64,000 nt of DNA. Origin: Callorhinchus milii (taxonomy: Eukaryota). A model generated the notes under the pieces. The model did not search any database, was not told the DNA's origin, and saw only the letters and a list, made by a program, of their open reading frames with translations. The DNA is taken from positions 116,314,001 to 116,378,000 of the forward strand of contig NW_024704742.1 of the NCBI RefSeq assembly GCF_018977255.1, in the 5' to 3' direction. Below, piece after piece: positions 25,151-37,020 of the stretch (the first letter of the stretch is position 1; the number at the start of each line of letters is the position of its first letter). The translations under genes and the position numbers were made by a program.

Positions 25151-25408
25151 GCTGGTTAAACTCCAGCAGTACCTCGTCGCACACTCTGGATTCCCTAAGC
25201 CTAAGTCCTGCTAACTTATATCTAATAATATCCAGAATTACATAAGGCAGGGTGTGCCCTCTGAATAGGGAGCGCACATTCCATTCCAGACACATGAACA
25301 ATTTTCATGCGTTGGTAGCATGCAGGTATGGAATTCTCAGTCTGGTTTGGATACGCCTAAGCATGGTTGTACGTTTCTGCATGTGTCATACACCCGGCTG
25401 ACCAAAAA
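25151..25408 (+). repeat. Unassigned ~250-bp dispersed repeat, copy 1
   Basis: Collinear similarity to 60113-60360. Confidence 0.75.
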
Positions 25409-26944
25409 TAAAGGTATTGAGGACTCCCAGTTTCTGAGATGGTTACAGACACACAATCTAAAGTGGAAATAACAGATGACAGTGTTTCAGCAAGATAACC
25501 TTCTGCATCTCGATCCATCAGACATTGAAGTCAGCAGTATTGCTAGGATCTCCCCCTTTTTATATCTGTGACAACTTAATGGCCAAGAACATAACACTTG
25601 GTGATATAGTTATAAAAATTTGGGACTCATATAGGTAATTTTATAAAAAAAACAAAAGGTCTGAAATTTCCCATACTCTTCATCTTAATAATAATCCTTG
25701 GATTCGATATAATACCTTATCACATTGCCACAATGTTCAAAGCGTTTCAAATCTGAAACTGTAAAGTGGATTTGACTGTATTTTGTGGCGAAACGCGGCA
25801 GTCAATTGTGCATAGCAATGTCCCACAAACAGCCATGAAGTGAGTGATCAATTTTATTTGGGGGGATTTGTTGAATGATGCGATGGGATCTTTAAAAGAG
25901 CAATGAATTTGGAAGCTGGTTGCAGAAAGCTAACATCTAAATCAAAGGTCTTAAGGCTGAGATCATGAGAAATGTTCAGCCTTAAATATATAGCATTTTC
26001 CATGGAATCATTGATTATCACTCATACACTTACCATTGAATTGTCTCCGTTAAGATCCCTTTTTGATCTTTTAAGCTTGTTATAAGTATAAACGCTTTAA
26101 GTATTAATGCTTGCGCTTGCTGAATGAATCAGCGTGCTTGGATGTAATAATAGGAGATAATTGTAAAGAATGAAGAATGATAAAGCTCCGCATTCCTGAA
26201 ACAAAAACAAAAGACACGGCTCAACTGTTCAGTCATAATTCAGTCTGATCTTTCTACTCGTGGTCCTAATGAGCATGTCTGGCTCACTCTCTAAGTGCAA
26301 TATAAGACATCAAAAAACATCCATTAGCAGTAATTATTAGTAGACAGATCAGACAAAATGAAGATATGACCAGCAGAAACAGTGGGCAATACAGAATGAT
26401 AAAAGCTCACATTCCTTTCTCCAGCATAATCAACTGATGTTAATAAAGAAACATTCCAGCAACACTTTGTGCTGGAACAGTCTCGTGCTTTAATTAGCTC
26501 TCAGTCTCTTGTTCCAGCACTAAACTCGTTGGGCTCTGTTCATTATCACCACATTACGGCATGCAGAATGGCTCCAAACAATTGGCTCATTCTACTTCAC
26601 AACAGTCAGCATCAGCAATTTGCAGAGATCAACAGAGATGTGAAATATGCTTTGTCATCTAGGCCACAATTTTCCCATTGGCAGCAGTGGAAACAGTACC
26701 AATTAGAGCAGTATCTTAAGACTCCATTAGGTAGAAATTCCACCTGGGTCTGGATTTACTCGATACACTTAGCTTGCAGCGCATCTTGAATTTGACAAAT
26801 TCTTAACTCTTAAAAAAAAACGAAAGGCCACTTTCTGTAAATTCTTTTAGGAGCAACAGAAAAAAAAGCTTAAAAGTTAAGATTGAATTCAACAATCAAT
26901 TTGCCAAGTTCTGAAAGGCTAAACAAATAAGGTAAATCAAGACC

Positions 26945-27150
26945 CTGGTGGAATTTCTCCCCACATCTGCCCAGACAGTAACGATTGGTCACCTCAGTCT
27001 TTCTCTTTATCTATTTTTCCAAGCAGTTGTGGTAGGGTTCTACTATAGTGGGTAGGAGACGCATAGGAAGAAACTGGTCTCAGCTCTGATGCCAACAAAA
27101 GACTGCTGCACAGATGAGGATTACAATCTGAGGTCTGAAATTCCAACCAG
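26945..27150. mobile_element. MITE-like relic with short terminal inverted repeats
   Basis: ctggtggaatttc ... gaaattccaaccag, plus weaker subterminal complementarity. Confidence 0.45.
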
Positions 27151-27250
27151 CCTCAGATGGAAAGACCATTTTGTCTTGATATTTAAAAATGGCAGAATTA
27201 AGGAAAATTCTTAAATATAGTCTTAATTTGGCCTATGTGGGCAGTGCGAC

Positions 27251-27290
27251 TGTGTGTGTGTGTATGAGAATGTGTATATGTGTACCAGAG

Positions 27291-27321
<31 letters not shown>

Positions 27322-27660
27322 CTACATGTTGTGTGTTTTAGATTATATATGTGGGTATGTGTGTGTGGATGTGTGAGCACACAGATGTATTGTGTGTATT
27401 GTGAGAGTGTATGTGTGTGTGAGTGAATGTGTGTGTGGATTTGTGAGTGTATACATGTGTTATGTGTTTGTGTGTGTGTACGAGAGTTTGTGTGTGTGTA
27501 TATGTATGAAGTTTTGTGTGTATGTGTGCATCAAGGTTTGTGTGTGTGTGCTTAAGGGTTAGTGTATGTGTGAGCGGGTTTGAATATGAGGATTGGTGTG
27601 TATGAGGGTTGGTATGTATGAGAGGGTTTATGTTTGTGTGTGTGTGTGCTGTATGTGTAA
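27251..27660. repeat. Degenerate (TG)n microsatellite field
   Basis: About 400 bp of interrupted TG repeats, with a pure run near 27295-27321. Confidence 0.95.
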
Positions 27661-28004
27661 ATCTTGGTGTGGATGCTGAGATATTTTGTGAATGATGATT
27701 TTTGATGGCACTCGATCATGTTTTTAATTTTTTTGAAAAAGCAGCCAAAATCCAGATGCATTTTTAAAGTAACCTTTTGACAGGCCCTGACAATAAATTC
27801 CATGTCAATGAGAAACCTGCCAGCAACATTTTATTTAACACCATTATGTCAGTCAGAAGCTCGCCAGGAATCCTCAATCCATCTGCTACCCTTTTATCAG
27901 ATCTGGCAGGATCTTTGTGTGAAAAAGCAGGATTTCTTCAACTGAAACAAGCCAGTTTGTACGTGAGGAAAAAGAAAACTAAAGTATGAATGTTGCAATG
28001 TCTA

Positions 28005-28207
28005 CCACCAACACCACCAAGATTCCATTTATAGAGCGCCTTTCACGTCGGGAGGATGTTCCAAGGCACTGTACAGTTGGGTCAGGACCCGAGCAGGGGG
28101 GAAATGGTCAGGGTTAGGGGAGGGAAGGGAGGGAGCGAGGAGGGGGTAGAGAGTCGAGAGGGGAGCTGAAGGCACGGTCAAAGAGAAAGGTCTTGAGACC
28201 AGCCTTG
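28005..28207 (-). mobile_element. L2 3' end, same subfamily as 5605-5830
   Basis: Closely matches 5625-5827. Confidence 0.88.
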
Positions 28208-28269
28208 TCTAGTACAAAGGACAAAAATAAGCTGTGTAAGCGGTAGCTACACTGCTAGGGTCATTGAGG

Positions 28270-28710
28270 TAATTAGAGCATAGGAGGTTAAGGGATGATT
28301 TGATTGAAGTATTTAAAATAATGAAAGGAATTGACAGGTTAGATAGTGTATTATTCCTCCCTCTGTTAGAGGGATTCATTACAAAGGGGCAAACTCAGAA
28401 TAAAGACAATTAGAATTGAGGTCAGCAAGCATTTCTTCATACAGGGGCCTGTGAAGACGTGGAATGTTCTGCCCCAGAAAATTGCAAAGGCAGAATAATA
28501 ATAATCCTTGTGCCTTATCACATCACTGAGATGTGTGGGGATGTTTAAAAGAGAGATAGCAGATAGTTGAGTATAGTAGAGATAAAAAGGAGTGTGGTGA
28601 TCAGGCAGGGCTTTGGGATTTAAATGGTCTGCCAAGATCTAATATACTGGTGGAACAGGCTTGATGGGCTGAATGGCCTTCTTCTATTCTTGTCTTCCTA
28701 GGTTCCTAAT
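28270..28710 (+). mobile_element. Old CR1 3' fragment
   Basis: RRLRDDLIEVFKIMKGIDRLD codons, then 3'UTR gggctgaatggccttcttct. Confidence 0.8.
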
Positions 28711-29689
28711 CAAAGGCTGTGGGGAATATCTGAGCTTTAGCTCACTGGATTGATATCAGGAGACTTTCTAGAAAGGGAATCACTGAAAACCTGTGTTTTT
28801 ACAGAATTCAGCAGATAGAAGTTCCTTACTATAGTTTAACACAGGCTCAACTAGTCATCCACATCCTGCTGCCACATCTGACTACCTGGCTAGAATGCAA
28901 AACATATAACACTGCTTGTTGGCTGACAGTTTGTAGCTACCAGCAATAAGTGCTTGGAACAGTTACAGATAAGATCCCATCTATGAAAAGGCTTTGATAG
29001 ATTTTTGACTTAAGCAAAGATCTGAGATTTGATCAGTCCCTAGTTTCCACCCCTCAGACTGATTTACAATAATCGATCTCTCTGTGTGTGGCTAATCTAC
29101 GAGCTGAGAACAAAGGCTTTAGAAATCTACTATATTTCCTCTGAACAATGAGAATTAATAATATAATAATAATAACAATGAGAATTGCACATTTTAAAAA
29201 AATTCTGAACCTTGAGGCTTGCAAACATGTACAATTACTACACTGAGGAGAATGTACATTTGGCAGTGTAGTGTGCATTTTAATTCATGTCCACTCATGA
29301 ATCAACAATGCCGTAGAACTCACCAGCACTGCAGCTGGGAGTGTGTGATTTGTGTTCTTCTCTTGAGCGTTTGCCAATTACACTGCCCGACTGCATATCG
29401 TTCCTAATGCAAGTGTGTGACACCTTTTTGCCAATTAAACTCCATTAGTGAATAATAGATTCTATATGACAGTTTGTAGATGTGCTTTCCATTGCTTTGT
29501 CATCAAACTGCATGAGAAGCAATAAAATAATAAATAAGGGCAGATTGTGGTGCATCATAGACCATCTGTTTGTGTTCCCAAAACACTCCGCAAGCACACT
29601 AATTTTTTCTCCATTTTTTACACCTCCAATTATCTCCCTTCCTCTTCTGCAAAGGGAAAGCTCATGCTGTGCTACAATTCCGTGGAAAC

Positions 29690-29961
29690 CAGGTACCATT
29701 CAGCACCACACAGTCTTCATATGTGAGCTCAGACTGTGAGACTGTCAGTTGGCTATTCAGCTGTGGAGGGCCACAATCTGCCCTGCTCCTGTTCCTACCC
29801 AGCAGACACACACATGAACTTTCCAACAGAGGTCAATAGGTAGAGATCAGAAGCGAGAACTCTGGCTGATTTTATTTCTCACTACCTCACTGATGCCAGT
29901 TGTCGTGCCCTTAATGCTGCCCTGGCTGAGTTAATTGACTCAGTGGAGACCGGGATCAAAC
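29690..29961 (-). mobile_element. AmnSINE2-like ancient SINE relic
   Basis: Reverse complement gtttgatcccggtctccactgagtcaattaactcagccagggcagc...aaaatcagccagagttctcgcttctgatc resembles the AmnSINE2 consensus as I recall it; related pieces elsewhere in the window. Confidence 0.5.
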
Positions 29962-30019
29962 AACAATTAGCACTCCTCCTGACGTGAAAGGCGCTACACA
30001 AATGTATTTTTGTATTGTA

Positions 30020-30460
30020 TTGTATTTCACATAGGAAGATATCTTGAAACGCTTTATATGAACGGCATGGAACACCAAGGAAAGTGATAAGGAGGGAGTG
30101 CATGGGGAAAGGTGACTGAAGGCATGGTCAAAGAGGTATGTTTTTAGCATAGTATTGAGGAGAGACTGCGGGAGCTGGAGCTAGTAAAGGGTAGTGCTAG
30201 GGAAGCCAGCAAGGAAGGCAATAGAGAAGTCAAGTCTAGAGGTGATTGAGGATTTCGGCAGCAGAGGTGGAGATATAGGAGTGGGGAGGTGCATGTTCTG
30301 GAAGTGAAGAAAAACAATCTTAGCCAAGGACCGGATTAAATGGTTGAAAGAGAGCTGATGGTCAAGCAAAACTCTGAGATTCCCCACTTGCTTAGAGCTA
30401 CACAAGGCAATACATTTACCCATTCATCAACAAGTGAGCTTTCTTCTTTCTCAACCTTCG
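30020..30460 (-). mobile_element. Old L2 fragment
   Basis: Minus ORF 30181-30423 has NLRVLLDHQLSF..I and ITSRLDFSIAFLAGFP, typical of L2 ORF2. Confidence 0.75.
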
Positions 30461-31499
30461 GGAAGACAAGTTTGCAGGGCTATGAGGAGAGAGCGGGGAG
30501 TGAGATTGAATTGGGTAGCTGTTTTCAAAGAGCCGGCACAGACACGATGGGCCGAATGGCCTCCTTCTGTGCTGTATAATTCTATGATTCTATGAACCCT
30601 GGACCTGGCTCCACACATCCATTATGATCAAGCAATGCAAAGATCGCTACTTGTAGCATTACATCCCGGTCACTCAAATAATTGGGATGTTATTCATGTT
30701 TAATATAGACATCATTCAATTGGCAGACATTGCTATAACAATATTTGCATCATCAAAACATCTCAAAGTTGTTCACAGGATTTTACTGTAAAGTGTAGTA
30801 ACTGTGTATTAGTTGGGAAAAGCAGCAGCTAATATGCACACAGCAGTGTCTTACAAACAACCAGGAAGTAAATTATTTTTTTCTGGAGGATTATTGAAAT
30901 ATAATTTCATTTACTAATTGATATCATTTGCATTGCCAAAATTTCAGCACAAACTTAAGCACTAATATGTTTTCTCAAAACAGTTAAAGATTAACAAAAC
31001 CAAAAGCATTATTAGAAGCTGGGTGCTCAACTTGTGAACAAGATACTTATTATCAACTCCAGCTAACCTGCAATTTTCCTCAATCTATGAACCATTTCAT
31101 TTTATACTCTGAGTAAGGGTATGCATTTAGTCATGCAACAACCATAATTATATATGCAAAGGCTTTATGCCTTGAGTTTTTTCATTAAAATCAAGAGATT
31201 GATTTAGATCAGAGCAATAAAAGTTAATTCATTGCTGAGCAAGAATTACTGCTTTGAAAGATAACAGAGGTCGATTACATTAATTCTGATATGTCAATCG
31301 GGTATTTTTTATAGATTGATGTGTGCTTTTCCATGCATCCTTTCTCTCGCTAGCAGGGATCATACAAGCAGCATCCTCAAACACCATCAGTGCTGCTTCT
31401 GAATTATAGCAATATCTTAAAACAGCTACCTTTATATAGTGCCATTGACCTGAGGTGTATGTCTCATCTTTTCTTGTGATAAGACATTAAATTAAGGTT

Positions 31500-31672
31500 C
31501 ATAGAACATATTCAAGACTGAGATCAACAGATTTTTAAAAACTAAAGGGATTAAGGGATATGGGGATAGGGCAGGTAAATGGAATTAGGTTAGAAGATCA
31601 GCCTAAATGGCAGGGCAGGCTCGATGGGCCAAATGGCCTACTCCTGCTCCTATTTCTTATGTTCTAATGTTC
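31500..31672 (+). mobile_element. CR1 3' end
   Basis: Matches 15820-15990 (aacatattcaagactgagat...ggcctactcctgctcc). Confidence 0.88.
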
Positions 31673-33839
31673 TGTCTGCCTGATCAGATGGATGCTAAAG
31701 ATCCCACCACGCTGTTTGAAAAGAGAAGAGGTCCTCCCAAGGACCCAGCCAAAGATCCCCCAAATAAAATTGGTCATTCACTTCATGGCTATCTATGCGA
31801 CTTTGTTGTGTGTGCAAATTTGCTGCCTGCAACGTACACAGCCACTACACTTTGCATTATATGCTGTGACCAATATGAAAGGCGCTATATCAAATGTAAG
31901 GATAATGAAAGTGCTTCAAAGAGGTGGTGGGATTCTCTTAGCAGAGAGGAATGGTGGAGATGGTTTAAGGGTGATGCCAGTCTAAAAAATGCATTTTCAG
32001 AGGGTTTTGAAGGCGCGATAAAGGGATTTAGAGAGAGAGGGAGCATAGTGGCTGATAGCTAGGTGGCCGATGGTGGGATGGAGGGGGCGAAGATTGAGCA
32101 ATAATCCAGAGTTATATATATATAAGTGCTTTTACTCTGAAAACTATTCTATCTTGTCACCTCCACATAATGACAGATAAACCTCACTCCACTGAGGCAA
32201 GCAAATTCAAGCGACAGGGAGCTTTGGGAATTCACAGCCTTCCATTTAAGTATGATGTACTCAGCTGTTTGGGCTTCCGAGCTGCCCATGTTTATTTATA
32301 TCTGTTATTGCTGGAACAGGCAAGGTTTGTGTCACATCATGTCCATCTGCTCCATCTGCCAACAGAGGTGACATTTCCAAAAAGATTATCATTGTGACCT
32401 GGATCTACCCATTAGCCATTAGGGCAGATAATCTGGTAAGTGTTATGACTAGGGTACTTTTCTCGTTTTAATTGGTTTAAAGACCATAGAACCTCCCTGG
32501 GTCCAAATGGTAATCAGATAAAGGTCTCGTGGCAGATAGCCATGTGCCTGGAATTATGGGTTTGAATCAGGAGGTCATCTTTTGCCAAGTGTCACCATGA
32601 TGCTCCGAAACCTGTGACAAAAGATACTTGTAGAGTCTGATGGTAAATATTTACTGAAAACTGAGAATAGTCTGCAGTCACTGCTAAAGTTCAGCCTATT
32701 TGCGGGCAGACTGGACCACCCAGCTCTTTCCTACACAAGCTGCAGATTATCCAGAACTCTGCAGCCAGGACTATCACTCCTATTGTTGCCCTCCAAGGTC
32801 TCAGCTCATCCAACCTCTGTGACCTTCTCAAACACTATCAACGCTCAGCTTGGCAGACACCAGCCATTGGACATTTTAATGACAATGCCTGAAGTGCTGT
32901 ACAGGATGGTGGGGATCACTGAGCAAGGCGGAAATGGGGGAGAGGGACATTTTGTGATACAGAATTTACAGTTCCACATAGGAACTGAGTAATTTGATCT
33001 GAATCAGTCAGGCCCTGCCCAGCCTCAAAGGAGCAGTATTCCTCACTATCAGTACCTTGGGACGTCCTCCCGACGTGAAAGACGCTATACAAATGTAATT
33101 TTGTTTTTGTTGTTGTAAATGTGGGACAAGGATTAACGATAATGATCCCACTCCCCAATAATTTGGAGCAATTGTGGAGCAGAGAGCTGCACAGGTCTGT
33201 TTTGTGCTATTCCCTTCTTGTAGGTCAGTTGAGAGGGGTCTGTGTTGAAGAGATTCTGGTCAGCTACTCAGTGTTAGCAGAAGGTATAGAAATCCCTGAC
33301 AGGAACAGAACGTAATTGTTTTTCCGAGGCTAAGGTAGAAGTGTTATTAGGGACTCTGTGGGAGATGAGAGCCTTTGGCTGTAATTACTGTTTGGTAACA
33401 TCATTTCCTTTAACAAGCTTATCCATTAGATGAACAGAAGGTGGAGGATCATTTGTACAAAGTAGTGCAGGTAATCCTTTCGTTCTATGTGGAGGGCCAC
33501 ATGCTGCTTAAATGCTTCCAGGACACTAAATTGGCCCCAAATGGAAACTGGAAGCCCCTGGCATGTAACTGTGAATTGGAGTCTGAAGCTCTGACATTGG
33601 GGAAAGGGGGAAGGCAAAATGGAGAGAAAGTTGCTCTGCTGAAAGAGATATGTTTTATGGTCTGTGTGAACTAGAACTGAAAAAAATCAAAACTATTGAT
33701 CCTTTTATTTCATTTCAAGTTACTCTTAAAGCTATAGAACATCACCTAATACCATAGGTGGTGGGTGAAAATATTCTTTTGAGGGGTGGTGGGGGTAGGG
33801 GTTGTGCTGAGTGGCCGGTCCATTTTAAGATAGCTCAAA

Positions 33840-33954
33840 GCAGGCTCCATGCCAACTTCAACGATGGCTGCTTCAAATATTTTGACCTCATTTAATCGGA
33901 GTGTGCGGTGAAGAGCGTGGGGGTGCCCATCTTTGAAGTTGGCAAGAAGCCTGC
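33840..33954. repeat. Inverted repeat with 28-bp arms
   Basis: gcaggctccatgccaacttcaacgatgg vs reverse complement of ccatctttgaagttggcaagaagcctgc (25/28 match). Confidence 0.75.
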
Positions 33955-36664
33955 CTGGTGAAGAGTAGGGAGGGGGAGACAGCTATCTATCCAAAGACTC
34001 ATACCTTAGAGACGTGAGCTATAGATAGGGGTGGGCATCTGAGCCCTTTCTAGCCCAGGTACCTACCACCTCTGCTACATATTCACAAAGTTTTCTTCAC
34101 GCATAGCTGTGCAATTCATGTTCATGGTAATTTATATCTGCTCCAGCTTGGTTCTGACAATACTCATATACACCTTCCCTCAGTTATGGGAACAACCTGA
34201 TTGAAAAAACACATAATTGACTTCCGGTGCTTCTAAACCTGATGTGAATCACATCTAGAAATCACTGAATTATCCATATCCCTGCTTACTATCAATTTAG
34301 ATCAAGTCCAAGTAAAACAGTCAAATCAGGTTAGAAGAAGTTGTTTAATGCTGTATCTGCTGGATTTAGTTTATAGTTAAATTGACTGTGTTGTTCCAAA
34401 TTTAAATAGTTCTCAGGGAATTGGGGCTGCCAGTGCATGGAATCAGAGCAACAAGGATAATCCCCAGTGTTAGAGGAATGGGCTATGATTATTAATTAGA
34501 CAAGCTAGGAGTCTTTAGTCTTGAGAGAAGACATTTTGTTTCACCGACAGTCAATTCACCTTACAGTATATTTTGTGAAGCGCTTTGAGACGTCTCGAAG
34601 ATGTGATAAAACGCTGTATCAAATGCAAAGATTATTATTATTATTATTATCTCAGAGCGAACCTCATATTGGTGCATACAATTTTAAATAGGATTGAAAT
34701 AGTAAACCCAGAACAATACTTTTGAATGAACGAAGATAGTAGAACAAGACATTCCAAAGGGCAATTGCAGCCCAGAAAGTGTTTCCTTGCTCACAAGGTA
34801 ATTCATGAGTGGAATAGATTATCAGGAAGAATAGATGAGGCAATGACACTGGACTCATTTAGTAGCTTGATATTGTGATATGAAAAATGTGGGCTCAGTT
34901 TTCTGTAAGGATGAGATCAAACAGGCCAAATGGCCTTCCTCTTCCAAACCAATCTTGTCATCTTGTGAATCCACACCGCTTGTCCTGTTTACTTTGTGAG
35001 ATGGATTTGTAGCCAGAGGCAATTATTTCTAAACTGAGACTCCTAACTTTCTCTCCAGGGAACAACTGAACATGTGAGCGAAGCCAAGACCACATCCCTA
35101 AGCTATCAGTGTGGGCTGGAAGCTTTGAAGATATTTGTAGGGTCTGTGGGTAAATATTTACTGAAAACAGAGAATAGTATGTGCTTGCTGCTAAAGTTTG
35201 GTATGTCTACAAACAGGAAGATAACGTAACTGCTGTATGAATAACTTAATGCCGATTCACCCATATACTAGTGTTATATATAAAGTGCTCCGAGACACTA
35301 CCTGCTTTGAAGGGCACTCTATAAATAAAAGTTGTATATATATAAAATGCTTCAAAAATAGGGTATCACTGCTTTTTATACAAATTGCACAATATCACCA
35401 TCATCACAGTCTGTGTTAGGACATCTATTGTGTCCAGTAAAAATACTTACATAAAATCCACACTTACATACATATCGCAGTGTAAAACAAATCATCGCAA
35501 AAATGACAAGATATATGCTTGTAAGACTTTTCACTGTGATATGCACTCTGAACATCAATGTATATTGATTTGATCCCTTTTATCAATGCAAAATAATAAT
35601 ATTAATGATACTTGCATTTGATATAGCGCCTTATCACGTCGTTGAGACATCTCAAAGCGCTTCCCAGAATATACTGTAAAGTGAATTGACTGTATATTTT
35701 GTGGGCAAAATTGTCTGTGTTACTTGTGTAACAGTGTGCTACATGCAATGATTCTACTCCATAGTGACCCCTGAGCTGAAAACAAACAGACTGTGGAATC
35801 CATTGCCATGGATCTTGGAGTACGTCTGCATTCTGCTTTATGCTAATTGATCCAAACAGATCCCAATCCAGTGAATATACCAAGAATTGTCCTGTAAGGC
35901 AAATTAAAAATAATTAATCCATTTAAAATCAGCATTTGTTTTATGAGTAGCAATTATACCTAAAAAAAACCTTTCAGGGTTACTGTCCAAATCAGCAACT
36001 TAATACTATTTTATCACTGAGGATTCTGACAGTGTTATTTATGGTGCATTTCGTTTTATGTTTCCATTTGGAGACTAATCGTGCCCTGTGGCTTCCCTGG
36101 ATGCAAGATGTTCTATCTCACCGGATTTACTCTGGTGAATATTTTGAATAAATCAATAAAACAGGATGGCTTTAAACAGTTGTAAAGAGCGAGAGCTTTA
36201 TTCAGCACAGCTGGGTTTTTCGTTTGACCTGAGCTAAGGAGGGCCTCATTCACATTGCTGTTTCAAAGACTCTATCTGTTGCTGTTATACCATGCTTATA
36301 TATGTGTATAAATGTGCTGGAAGTAAAGGGGTGAAAAATGCAAAATGTCATGTCACATCGTCCAAAACTACAGTCAAAGCAGTTTATAATTATTTTCGAC
36401 CTGTGGATATCCTGTGTTACCCCTCGCCAGTATGATGGCTGAGGTTTGTAGCATTTCACTACCGCTTTATGACACACCAGTTTAGTCAATGTGCCATGAA
36501 GTGTGCCATGTCTGTGCACTCCATCATTAGCGCTGGCTCATGAGGTGATCGCCACCACACTGTGGGGAACATCCGCAACCAGAATATAAAACCGCGATTC
36601 ATGACCATGGAAACACCTGGGTAGGCTTCTATTTAAAGCAGCTCTGTGGTGTCCCGCGATATAA

Positions 36665-37020
36665 GGCATCAAAGGGCTTAGAGCTGTGGTCAGGAAGCAT
36701 TTCCTCACACAGACGATTGTGGATAATAAAATAATTTTCAAATGAAAGGTGCAGACTGATGTTGACTGCCTCGTTGTGTAAGTGTTCGACCAGGTTGCAA
36801 ATGATTGCAGATGGTTGCAACAATGTGAACTTTTTTGCCCCAGAAAGCTGTAGAGCTAGAATCATTAGGAATGTTAAAAGTGAGATAAACAGATATGTGG
36901 ATAGTATTACTGGATATGACAAAAGGGCAGGGATCGGGATTAAAAGAACTGTCTGAATGTAATTAACTGGTAGAACAGGTTTAATAGGCTGATCCTATTC
37001 CCGTTTCCTTTGTTCCTATG
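36665..37020 (+). mobile_element. Old CR1 3' fragment
   Basis: gtcaggaagcatttcctcacacagac...gccccagaaagctgtaga...3'UTR-like end. Confidence 0.7.

Noticed and set aside
27198..27803. His/Thr-rich ORFs on the minus strand
   Set aside because: Translation of the (TG)n microsatellite
33429..33470. Possible ~41-bp micro-exon (ag...DEQKVEDHLYKVVQ|gtaatc)
   Set aside because: Weak polypyrimidine tract, no recognisable protein, and such matches arise by chance in 64 kb
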